From Candidatus Latescibacterota bacterium (lineage in GTDB: Bacteria; Latescibacterota; CBDEFO01), in NCBI GenBank assembly GCA_965248755.1, contig OZ252149.1, positions 128,001-192,000 of the forward strand: a stretch of 64,000 nt of DNA. The letters run 5' to 3'. A program made the translations under genes and the position numbers. The notes under the pieces were generated by a model that searched no databases, was not told where the DNA came from, and saw only the letters and a program-made list of their open reading frames with translations. Position 1 is the stretch's first letter; each line of letters starts with the position of its first letter. This document shows positions 19,269 to 27,984 of this stretch, in pieces.

Positions 19269-21917
19269 CTATCTAATCAGAACGGCTTTCTTTGAGGCTG
19301 TGAATCCGTCCTGTGTTTTGAGGCGGTAGAAGTATATGCCGGAGGCGAGCTGTCCTCCCCCATCGTCGAGGCCGTCCCAGGCTACTGTGTGCACGCCGGA
19401 TATTTGCTCCTGGTCCATAAGGGTTCTTACCTTCTGTCCGATAGCGTTGTAGACGGCAAGACGTACATGCGTTCTCACTGGAAGTCCATATGTGATGGTA
19501 GTACGAGGGTTGAAGGGGTTGGGATAGTTCTGTTCGAGGGAGAAGTCTCGGGGACGACTTGCGGTCTTATTCTCTTCTGCTACATCTGTTCCGATAGGAT
19601 TTTTCCTGATTGCTATGCCTCTTGGACCTTCTCCTATCTCAAGCGTAGTTACGATTTCGTCCTGACCTGTACCGAGTATCACAATGTTGTCCGAATCCTG
19701 ATTGGAGACATAGACAGCCGTTCCATCGGGAGTCACTGCGACCCCTCTGGTATTGGTCCCTCCTGTGGGGATTGTCTTTTCGACTATGTCCTGCTGTGTG
19801 TCAATGACCACGATGTTTCCGCCCTGGTAATCTGTAACGTAGGCTTTCCCGTCATTAGGTGAAATAGCGACTCCGAAGGAGGATTGCGCAGGAGTGATGT
19901 CTATTGTGGTAATAACCGTGTTGGTCTCCGTGTCAATTACCGATATGCCATCCCCCGTAAAGCTCGTAACATAAGCCTTTTCTCCATCGGGAGTCACAGC
20001 AACCGAGCGGGGGCTGGGCACGACGGCTATTTGGCCAATGATTGTGTTTGACCTTGTGTCTATTACAGTGAGCGTGTTAAAGTTGATGTTGGTAACATAA
20101 AGGCGCGCATCGTCGGGTGAGATAGCGATCCCGAACGGACCCATCACATTGGTTTTAGTATGGGATACTCTATCTGTTCTTGTATCTATAACCGATATGG
20201 AGTTCGAATCGGAGTTGTTGACGTAGACAAATCTGCTGTCGGATGTGGAGGCGAGGTCAAGAGGAGAGCCTCCCACGGGAATGGTGGTTCTTACTCTATT
20301 TGTGGCAGTTTCTATCACGCTTATGTTATCCGATTGGGAGTTGGATATATAGACCAGGCTGTCGTTGGGAGTGATAGCTATTCCGATCGGGTTGTCACCT
20401 ACGGGTATGCGAGCGACGTGGTTGTAGGAACCCGTATCTATGATTGAGACGAGGTTGGAGCGTCTGACAGCTATGTAGGCAAGAGGTTCTCCTGTGAGGG
20501 GAAATATACGGTATTGAAAGGTCAGCTCTGGAGCCTGAGGGGGCAATGTGGATATGTTTCCGTCAGTATCCTCAGCGAGGATATAGTATCTTATCTGTGT
20601 TCCTGCAATTTGGGGAGGGATCTGTCCGCCAAAAATGTGGTCGTTGGATCGGAGCAGGGGTATTTCATCAAAGTCATCCTCCCCTGTGGTGAAGAATAGC
20701 GAGGCACTCTGTATACCTTCATCGTCTCGTATAGAGACGGTTACTGTGGCGCCCACTTGGTCGGAGTCCAGAATTCTTGTTACGTTGGAGAGGATAGAAA
20801 CACCGCTGATGAGAGGAAGTCCAGGAAGGGTAAATCCCGTTACAAAATTGATATTACCGATTTCACCTCCAGCTTCTACAGTTACTGGAAGGGCATCTTG
20901 GCTGTTTGGGACGTTGTCGAAGAATTCTCTCTCAAAGTCAGTGTCGAAGTTTTGAAAGATGCCTCCGAAGTTAGCATCTGTTATCGGCCCATCTACAGGA
21001 GATATGGAGACAAGATACTGTCCCGGAGAGAGTCCAAAGATTATGTATTCTCCTGACCCTCTTCTCCCTGAAATTGCTCCGGAAAGAGTGCTTACTACAA
21101 AGCGTCCTGTTAAGGGATTAAGGGCGACGACGTTGGCTCCGAAGATGGGAGATCCATCGAACTGTGTGACTCTGCCTGATATAGTTCCTGTAGAGGAGAG
21201 AAACTGAGATGTGGGATAGATACTAGAGACACCTGCTATATCGTCGGGTTCCAATGTCCTGCCGAAAGTCTGGCCGGTGGCAGAGCTGAACGGATTCATT
21301 GTGGGAGTAAACTGCGGAGAGCCTATGAGTCCTGTGTGGTCGAGTCCGAGGAAGTGCCCTATTTCGTGAGTGGCCGTGTCTTCTATATCTATACCGCCTA
21401 CCCCGTCGGTAGTGAACGTAAAGTCCCTTCCGTTGAAAATTATATCGGCGTCTCGTAGAGCTCCGCTGCTGAAGCTGGCTGAGTTTGTTCTGGTTATGGC
21501 TATGACGCCGCTTCCCCGTGGGGAACCGATGATGGACCCGGTCTCGTCGAAGAGGATGAGGTTGACCCCATCGTTTGAAGACACAAATCTTTCAGTAAGG
21601 CCTTGATCTCTGAAAGATATGAACGCTGTGGGAACATCCTGCCACGTTTTGAACGACCTCCTTATAGCCTCAAATTCGCCCTCGTCCCCAATGTCGTCAG
21701 ACCCTCTGGAGTTGATGCTGTAGGGGACCCCGGCTTCGGCGTTGGACCAGAAGAAGTTCACATTTCTGCCCAATCCCGTCTCGAAGGTCTGTCTGACAAA
21801 AGCCTGGGAATTTTCCGTCAGCACAAAGAGCATAAAACAAGTAGACAGAAGACAGAAGACAGAAGACAGCGTAGACATCCGCGTACTTTCTCTCATTTTG
21901 CAGTGGACGTTTTGCAT
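19269..21917 (-). CDS. Secreted matrixin-like (M10) metalloprotease with carboxypeptidase-regulatory-like domain, YVTN beta-propeller and FlgD/T9SS-type C-terminal domain
   Basis: HEIGHFLGLDH zinc motif and Met-turn PTMNP; repeated YV(S/T)N..S..ISVIDT units; QNYPNPFNP...WDGLD...SGIYFYRL; real start may be 21896 or 21878. Confidence 0.88.
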   Translation of the reverse strand: MQNVHCKMRESTRMSTLSSVFCLLSTCFMLFVLTENSQAFVRQTFETGLGRNVNFFWSNAEAGVPYSINSRGSDDIGDEGEFEAIRRSFKTWQDVPTAFISFRDQGLTERFVSSNDGVNLILFDETGSIIGSPRGSGVIAITRTNSASFSSGALRDADIIFNGRDFTFTTDGVGGIDIEDTATHEIGHFLGLDHTGLIGSPQFTPTMNPFSSATGQTFGRTLEPDDIAGVSSIYPTSQFLSSTGTISGRVTQFDGSPIFGANVVALNPLTGRFVVSTLSGAISGRRGSGEYIIFGLSPGQYLVSISPVDGPITDANFGGIFQNFDTDFEREFFDNVPNSQDALPVTVEAGGEIGNINFVTGFTLPGLPLISGVSILSNVTRILDSDQVGATVTVSIRDDEGIQSASLFFTTGEDDFDEIPLLRSNDHIFGGQIPPQIAGTQIRYYILAEDTDGNISTLPPQAPELTFQYRIFPLTGEPLAYIAVRRSNLVSIIDTGSYNHVARIPVGDNPIGIAITPNDSLVYISNSQSDNISVIETATNRVRTTIPVGGSPLDLASTSDSRFVYVNNSDSNSISVIDTRTDRVSHTKTNVMGPFGIAISPDDARLYVTNINFNTLTVIDTRSNTIIGQIAVVPSPRSVAVTPDGEKAYVTSFTGDGISVIDTETNTVITTIDITPAQSSFGVAISPNDGKAYVTDYQGGNIVVIDTQQDIVEKTIPTGGTNTRGVAVTPDGTAVYVSNQDSDNIVILGTGQDEIVTTLEIGEGPRGIAIRKNPIGTDVAEENKTASRPRDFSLEQNYPNPFNPRTTITYGLPVRTHVRLAVYNAIGQKVRTLMDQEQISGVHTVAWDGLDDGGGQLASGIYFYRLKTQDGFTASKKAVLIR

Positions 21918-21941
21918 AAGGTCTACACCGGGATGGGCAAG

Positions 21942-22517
21942 CTATTTCCTGGGGTCGGTCTCAGAGTCAGACTCTGTCCTGAGGATGGTCTGTATACTTT
22001 GTATGAGCTGATCAAGAGGGACAATGACTCTTTTGGCAGACGGGGATATTCTCGCTTCTTTCTTATCGTAGAGCGAGAGTCCATGAGGATCTGCAAACGT
22101 GATCTTTTTGCCGGAGATCTCGTCCTTTTGTATGTGGAATTTGCCCTGCGAAAGTCCGACTACCCAGGGATATCCCGCATCGTCTTCGGATGAGAGAAAC
22201 AGGAGCACTTCTTCATCGAGATTGAAATCGGGGACCCCAGGGACTATGGAGATTTCATCGCCTACCCTGCCTCCGGGATGTCGAACGGTGATGGAGTCGC
22301 CTGGTAGGTCGCCTTTGAGAACCTGATTGACTTTAAAGGTAGCGTAGGTATAGATATTGTTGTCCTTGGGGTCAATTTCGGTCCGCTTTGACAGACAGTG
22401 TCCTGTAATTATGGTCTGGGCAAGTTCGGACATGTCTGATATGTCGAGCTTCAGGACAGTCGTTGACCACGCAGACTGTGCTATCAGTAGGCTGAGTATA
22501 ACAAGCAAGATTGACAT
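21942..22517 (-). CDS. Secreted hypothetical protein resembling the N-terminal pro-region of matrixin-like proteases
   Basis: Signal peptide; IYTYATFKV..VLKG...PGGRVG...VPGVPDF..DEEVLLFL...VVGLSQGKF. Confidence 0.7.
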   Translation of the reverse strand: MSILLVILSLLIAQSAWSTTVLKLDISDMSELAQTIITGHCLSKRTEIDPKDNNIYTYATFKVNQVLKGDLPGDSITVRHPGGRVGDEISIVPGVPDFNLDEEVLLFLSSEDDAGYPWVVGLSQGKFHIQKDEISGKKITFADPHGLSLYDKKEARISPSAKRVIVPLDQLIQSIQTILRTESDSETDPRK

Positions 22518-22699
22518 TTGGCTCTCCCAACAAAAGGGGGGATCATAATGCCATAAAGACGTATAGATACCCCTCGATTTAAGATTCAATGTTCGACCCG
22601 CTTAAGTCCTTAAGACGTAAATTATAACAAAAAGATTCATACAAGAGTCAAAAAAATAATTCTCACAGCGGAACTGTGATAGAAAAGCTATTATACTAC

Positions 22700-22866
22700 T
22701 TAAGAGGTGATCGGCCTTTTAAAGTACTCTTCGTACCGTTCAAGAGACCGATACCCCAAAATCCCTTGAGCCTTGTCCACAAGGTACTTGCCGTGATCAA
22801 GATAGCTCAGAATATTGAACGTCTGAAAATAATCGGGCACCACTTCCATCTCCAGTGCCAGACGAC
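22700..22866 (-). pseudogene. 3' remnant of a third type-B SDR paralog
   Basis: Translates CRLALEMEVVPDYFQTFNILSYLDHGKYLVDKAQGILGY...YFKRPITS*, matching the C-termini of 24112-24828 and 24896-25615. Confidence 0.85.
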
Positions 22867-22911
22867 AGGAGTGAAGCTGGCCGTTTTGTCGTTGTCATCC
22901 TGAAGGTGTCT

Positions 22912-24045
22912 CTAGACATCGGCGACAGAGTTGTCGTCTGCGTTCCAGGATCCGAAGTATCCGCGGCTTCGGTTGAACGGCCGACTGGCGATTACTTCCT
23001 CGTCCAGGTCAATTCCAAGACCAGGTTCTGTGGGCAGCTCGTAATAGCCGTCCACAATCTTAAGCGGCTTCTTCTGGACCTTGTCGTGCCAGGGCATGTC
23101 TAGCGCCGTCTCAAGAATCTGGAAGTTCGGCACCGCCGCACAGAGATGCAGGCTGGCTGCGCAGGCCACCGGGCCATTGGGATTGTGCGGTGCCAAGTTG
23201 ATGTGCTCCGTTTCAGCCGCAGCCGCAATGCGTCGGAGTTCCGAGATGCCACCGCCATGGCAGATATCGGGTTGAATCACGTCGACCAGCCTGCGTGCAA
23301 GAAGGTCCTTAAAGTCCCATCGGAAGTAGAGGCGCTCTCCTGTGGCCAGATCAGTGTGGAACCCTGCCCTGCGGACAAGTTCGAGCGAGTCGAGGTTCTC
23401 CTGCGGCACCGGCTCTTCAAAGAAGAGGACATCTAAATCATCAATCGCCTTGATCAGTCTTATTGCTGCACTCGGACGAGATCGGCCATGATTGTCGATC
23501 ATGATGTCGATGTCGGGGCCGACTTCGGCGCGCATCGCCTTGATCTTCTCGCGCAGCGCGTCTGGAATCTCTTTCTCCTTAGTTTCGTCTGTGTCGGTAA
23601 TCCACCCTGCGGTCTTGAACGCTGTAAAGCCTTTGTCCACAACCTCACACGCTTCTAACGGATCCAGTGCATGGGAGTACGTCCGGACGCGATCTCGCAC
23701 AGCGCCGCCGAGCAATTTGTAGACGGGCTGGGCATATACCTTACCGGTGATGTCCCACAGGGCCTGATCGATCGCGGAGATAGCAGAGCCAAGCACTACG
23801 CCGCCTTTCCAGAAGCCATGGCGGTACAGCGCCTGCCACAGCTTCTCGATCTGCGTAGGATCGCGGCCTTCAATGCGGTTTGAAATAGCGTGGATCGCGG
23901 CTTGAGCGGCGAGCTCATGACCCTCAAGCGTGCCCTCACCCCAGCCATAAATCCCTTCGTCTGTTATGATCTTGACGAACAACCACTGGCGGTCGATTCC
24001 CTCCATCAGAAAGGTCGCAACGTCTGTGATCTTCATATCCTCCAT
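22912..24045 (-). CDS. Mandelate racemase/enolase-superfamily acid-sugar dehydratase (galactonate dehydratase DgoD-like)
   Basis: WLFVKIITDEGIYGWGE, SAIDQALWDI, DNHGR, FFEEP, TGER, QPDICHGGG, APHN, PGLG. Confidence 0.9.
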   Translation of the reverse strand: MEDMKITDVATFLMEGIDRQWLFVKIITDEGIYGWGEGTLEGHELAAQAAIHAISNRIEGRDPTQIEKLWQALYRHGFWKGGVVLGSAISAIDQALWDITGKVYAQPVYKLLGGAVRDRVRTYSHALDPLEACEVVDKGFTAFKTAGWITDTDETKEKEIPDALREKIKAMRAEVGPDIDIMIDNHGRSRPSAAIRLIKAIDDLDVLFFEEPVPQENLDSLELVRRAGFHTDLATGERLYFRWDFKDLLARRLVDVIQPDICHGGGISELRRIAAAAETEHINLAPHNPNGPVACAASLHLCAAVPNFQILETALDMPWHDKVQKKPLKIVDGYYELPTEPGLGIDLDEEVIASRPFNRSRGYFGSWNADDNSVADV

Positions 24046-24111
24046 CTCCCTATCTACGCGCTCTATTTGTACAGCGTCATAGCAACGTTGACCCTGCTCA
24101 CGACAGATGAT

Positions 24112-24828
24112 TCAGCCTGTCGGCCTTTTGAAGTAATTCTCAAGCTGTTCCAGTGGCTGATACCCCAGAATCCTTTGAGCCTTGTCCACAAGGTACTTCC
24201 CGTGACCAAGATAGCTCAACATGTTGAATATCTGAAACTGATCGGGTACTTCCTCTATCTCCAGTGCCAGAGGACAAGCGTGCTGAAGATCCTCCCACAC
24301 AATCGTGAAGGGAGGAAAGTCCTTCTTCAACACAGGTTCTTTCGGCTTGAAATCGAGGCCATTGAACACAAAACAGACGGTATGGATGCCATAGGTTCGT
24401 GCGTAAATCTTGCATATCTCAAGGCTGAGATACTTGGTGATTGTGTAGTAGCCTGTGCCCGGAGATGGCGGCACATCGTCTATCTCAAATTCGAGGTTAT
24501 AGGCAGGTACGACAAGCTCTGGGCCGGTGTGGACCACTTTCTTGATTCCGTGTTCTGCCGCAGCCTTCATCACATGATACGCACCCTTGATGTTCACCTC
24601 GAAGCTCAAGACGGGATCGTGGCGAACCACCGTAAAGTTCATAATTGCGTCCATGCCACGAGATGCCTCCAACACCTGCTCGTAAGATGTGACGTCAACG
24701 GTTTTGATGGGCTTTCCGTCAGAATGTGGCTTTATATCTGCAAGGTGCAGGCGATAGTCCGACTCGAGTCCCGGCGTGACATAAGGCATTATCAAACCAG
24801 ATGCTCCCAGTACAAGGACATCCTTCAT
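24112..24828 (-). CDS. SDR/epimerase family oxidoreductase, type B, tandem copy 2
   Basis: VLGASGLIM, HTGP, YTITK. Confidence 0.88.
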   Translation of the reverse strand: MKDVLVLGASGLIMPYVTPGLESDYRLHLADIKPHSDGKPIKTVDVTSYEQVLEASRGMDAIMNFTVVRHDPVLSFEVNIKGAYHVMKAAAEHGIKKVVHTGPELVVPAYNLEFEIDDVPPSPGTGYYTITKYLSLEICKIYARTYGIHTVCFVFNGLDFKPKEPVLKKDFPPFTIVWEDLQHACPLALEIEEVPDQFQIFNMLSYLGHGKYLVDKAQRILGYQPLEQLENYFKRPTG

Positions 24829-24895
24829 AGCAATGATTGCCTCCTTACTTATGCAATCTGCTCATCCAGCGTCGTAAGATGACGATTAGTTGATC

Positions 24896-25615
24896 TTAAG
24901 AAGTTGTCGGTCTTTTGAAGTACTGCTCAACCTGTTCCAGTGGCTGATACCCTAGAATTCTCCAAGCTTTGTCCACAAGGTACTTCCCGTGACCAAGATA
25001 GCTCAACATGTTGAATATCTGAAACTGATCGGGTACTTCCTCTATCTCCAGTGCCAGACGACAAGCGTGCTGAAGATCCTCCCACACAATCGTGAAGGGA
25101 GGAAAGTCCTTCTTCAACACAGGTTCTTTCGGCTTGAAATCGAGGCCATTGAACACAAAACAGGCAGTCTGGATGCCGTAAGCCCGTGCGTAAATTTTGC
25201 AGATTTCAAAGCTGAGATACTTGGTGATGTAGTAGTATCCCGTGCCCGGTGTTCTCGGTACATCGTCTATGTCAAATTCGTGGCCGTACGTGTGTCGGAT
25301 CATCTGTGGACCCGTATGGACCACTTTCTTGATTCCGTGCTCTGCCGCAGCCTTCATCACATGATACGCACCCTTGATGTTCACCTCGAAGCTCAAGACG
25401 GGATCGTGGCGAACCACCGTAAAGTTCATAATTGCGTCCATGCCACGAGATGCCTCCAACACCTGCTCGTAAGATGTGACGTCAACGGTTTTGATGGGCT
25501 TTCCGTCAGAATGTGGCTTTATATCAGCAAGGTGCAGGCGATAGTCCGACTCGAGTCCCGGTGTGACATAAGGCATTATCAAACCAGATGCTCCCAGTAC
25601 AAGGACATCCTTCAT
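24896..25615 (-). CDS. SDR/epimerase family oxidoreductase, type B, tandem copy 1
   Basis: First ~100 aa identical to 24112-24828; YYITK. Confidence 0.88.
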   Translation of the reverse strand: MKDVLVLGASGLIMPYVTPGLESDYRLHLADIKPHSDGKPIKTVDVTSYEQVLEASRGMDAIMNFTVVRHDPVLSFEVNIKGAYHVMKAAAEHGIKKVVHTGPQMIRHTYGHEFDIDDVPRTPGTGYYYITKYLSFEICKIYARAYGIQTACFVFNGLDFKPKEPVLKKDFPPFTIVWEDLQHACRLALEIEEVPDQFQIFNMLSYLGHGKYLVDKAWRILGYQPLEQVEQYFKRPTTS

Positions 25616-25644
25616 ATCAATAACTCCCTATCTGTGCGACCTGT

Positions 25645-26394
25645 TCATTCTGAGTCGTAATGGGCGCTGAAGTTGTGAGTGGGCTTATACCCGAGCCCCT
25701 GCGCGCTATCTATCAGGAACTTAGGATTGGGAATGTCGGCACAGATATGGAACAGACCCCAGCGACCCGCCCACTGGATAGAGTTGCTGGTATCTCGGTC
25801 GAGGGCACATCGAAATGCGTGCGCCGCATCCCTCAAATCGAGCCACATCAGGTCAGGGGTATCTTGCTCCACTTCTTCCTCCATTACTAACTCTCCGAGT
25901 CGGAGACAGGTAACAGTGACCATGTAATCTCGCGCAAACTCTCGACAGGTCAATTCCCCCAGATATGTTGTCATCTCTTCCATTTCAGGCGAGGGAAGTG
26001 GCTTCCACATCTCACTGATATAGACATCGTCGGGATATGTGCGAAAGACTGCCAAGGTCCCTGTACAGATCAGCTTCTTGACCCCAGCCGAAATGGCAGC
26101 ATCGAAAATGTTGTAGCTTCCCCTTGTCGCAAGATCAAGCAACATCTCTTCTCGCTTCAGTTCATCATCTGGATGTCCTGGTGGAGGTTCCCCTGTGTGA
26201 ATCAAGGCGTCGATCCCTCGCACAGCTTTCCAAGCATCGTCAGGATCCAGGAGACTCCCCTGTACACATTCAAAATTATCACCCTCAGCATCAACCGGGA
26301 CAGTGTCCACAAGGCGCAGGTTATGGTCTTTTCCCAATTCCTCCGCAATTGCACGCCCAAGGCGGCTTGATGCTCCTGTTATTAGTATCTTCAT
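25645..26394 (-). CDS. SDR/epimerase family protein, type A, lacking YxxxK
   Basis: ILITGASSRLG, GIDALIHTGE; homolog of 8183-8881. Confidence 0.85.
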   Translation of the reverse strand: MKILITGASSRLGRAIAEELGKDHNLRLVDTVPVDAEGDNFECVQGSLLDPDDAWKAVRGIDALIHTGEPPPGHPDDELKREEMLLDLATRGSYNIFDAAISAGVKKLICTGTLAVFRTYPDDVYISEMWKPLPSPEMEEMTTYLGELTCREFARDYMVTVTCLRLGELVMEEEVEQDTPDLMWLDLRDAAHAFRCALDRDTSNSIQWAGRWGLFHICADIPNPKFLIDSAQGLGYKPTHNFSAHYDSE

Positions 26395-26823
26395 GTAGTG
26401 CTCCTGCTTCCAAAGGTATGCTCTTTGTCATCCCACAATCTGGATCAACAGAGTTCTGATGATTCATCTGTCTACTCCTAATATTGCCTAATATGCCAAG
26501 GTCAGAACATACGTTCTTATCATGCAAAAGTCAAGTCAATTCCTACATATTGTCTCGAATCTGAATGACGCTTCCCGCTGGATATTGATATCAAGCCCGG
26601 AGGGATTCAAATCCCAAACCTTAAACTGAAAACTGTCTATCCTATTCAGGTTGCTCATCATCGTTGACAAATGCCTATTTATGCTTCTGCGGTTTGCGAG
26701 CCTGTTCTTTAACTTCGTTGACAGCTTCTTCAAGGGATACAGCGGCATTACTCCTGTACTAGAGAGGGGATTAGTATAGCGCGCCGGGCTGGTGAAGTGG
26801 TCGGAAGAAGGTGTAAAAAAAGC

Positions 26824-26852
26824 TTGACACTATTACTTAGGAGAGCTATTTT
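26824..26852 (+). promoter_or_regulatory. Sigma70-type promoter
   Basis: TTGACA-17 bp-TATTTT. Confidence 0.6.
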
Positions 26853-26859
26853 TATGCCT

Positions 26860-26975
26860 GATACATTCAGCTTGGCTCGGGCAAGAAATCTGTATCTTCT
26901 AAGAAATTGATCAGCTACATACTTAAAATATCTGAAGCACTTGCCCCGAAGCTTCTGAAACGACTAGAGTAGCAA
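26860..26975 (+). ncRNA. Candidate structured leader RNA (unassigned family)
   Basis: TTCAG pairs with CTGAA and GCTCGGGCAAG with CTTGCCCCGAAGC around an AT-rich loop; lies directly downstream of a promoter in a ~190-nt 5' leader. Confidence 0.4.
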
Positions 26976-27053
26976 CCTGTGAATTTAGAAGTCCTAATCA
27001 ACAGTAGGATCTCCAGTTGAACGGATAGCACGGTACATTTAGAGGAGTCAAGC

Positions 27054-27533
27054 ATGATTCCCGGAAAGATTTTGAAGTTCTTAGAAGACGAGGCGACGGT
27101 TGCCATCTGTGGCACCAGAGACGAGTACCTCATCCCGCATCTTCACCGAGTGTCAGGATGGCGCGTCGATCCAGACCAGCAAACGATCAGCTGCTCCATC
27201 CCGGAAAACTTTACCAAAGATCTGATCAGCTCGCTCGAAGACAACGGTCAGTTCGCCCTGACGGTGGAACAGGTCGGTTCACACGAGACCTATCAATTCA
27301 AGGGAGAATATGTTGACTCCGGGCCGTGCGACGAAGCCGACATCGTCACTTTCGAGCAATCCAGAGAACGGTTCGGAAAAATCGTCAGCAGTTTATTCGG
27401 TTTATCGGAGGAAGTGACCCAGGCCTACATCCAAAAACCGAGCATTGTCATAAGTTTCAAAGTGCGGGAGATCTTCCTTCAGACGCCTGGACCCGGTGCT
27501 GGTCGCAGGCTCGTACCGGCGGAGGAGGCATGA
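27054..27533 (+). CDS. Pyridoxamine 5'-phosphate oxidase-like FMN-binding split-barrel protein A
   Basis: AICGTRD..LIPHLHRVSGW, NGQFALT, HETYQFKG, FLQTPGPGAG. Confidence 0.8.
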   Translation: MIPGKILKFLEDEATVAICGTRDEYLIPHLHRVSGWRVDPDQQTISCSIPENFTKDLISSLEDNGQFALTVEQVGSHETYQFKGEYVDSGPCDEADIVTFEQSRERFGKIVSSLFGLSEEVTQAYIQKPSIVISFKVREIFLQTPGPGAGRRLVPAEEA

Positions 27534-27955
27534 TGGAAGAGGTCAAGCTTCCGGAGGAAATCAAGCCGGTGATGCAGAACGGATTACCCGCATTGCTGGC
27601 AACTTGTTCGGCAGAAGGCATCCCCAACGCGACGATTCCTTCCCAGGTGTATTACGTGGATAGGACGCATGTTGCGCTCTCCTTTCAGTTCTTCAACAAG
27701 ACAAGCCGCAATGTCAGGGAGAACCCGCACGCGTGCGTCTGTTTGAACGATTTAGAGGGCTACGCCAACTGGATCATCCATATCCAATACGACCACTCGG
27801 AGCCCGAAGGGCCGATATTCGATGAGATGGACATGCAGATCGAAGCCATCGCTTCGGCGACGGGAATGTCCGGAATCTTCAAGCTGAAAGCGGCCGATAT
27901 TTACCGGGTGAAATCCATCGAGGAGGTGACCTGGGGGCCGACGTCTTCTGGGTAA
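27530..27955 (+). CDS. Pyridoxamine 5'-phosphate oxidase-like FMN-binding split-barrel protein B
   Basis: ATGA overlap with upstream gene; LATCSAEGIPN..SQVYYVD..HVALSFQFFNKTSRNVRENP; IAS.TGMSGIFKLKAADIYRV. Confidence 0.85.
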   Translation: MMEEVKLPEEIKPVMQNGLPALLATCSAEGIPNATIPSQVYYVDRTHVALSFQFFNKTSRNVRENPHACVCLNDLEGYANWIIHIQYDHSEPEGPIFDEMDMQIEAIASATGMSGIFKLKAADIYRVKSIEEVTWGPTSSG

Positions 27956-27984
27956 TGACCGATGGTTAGAAAAGCAAGCAAATA

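Noticed and set aside
21840..21870. (AGACAGA)n heptamer run, and (TTTCACG)-like heptamers at 58458-58484
   Set aside because: Short simple repeats; no frameshift evident, so phase variation cannot be supported
24112..25615. Diversity-generating retroelement TR/VR pair (also considered for 7060-7770 versus 8885-9634)
   Set aside because: Differences are not adenine-specific and include many synonymous changes; no reverse transcriptase in the window
23890..25660. Long plus-strand ORFs (330 aa and 223 aa)
   Set aside because: Antisense shadows of the SDR genes with no recognisable motifs
26783..26800. tRNA-like 5' sequence GCCGGGCTGGTGAAGTGG
   Set aside because: No anticodon arm, T-loop (GTTC) or 3' acceptor strand follows
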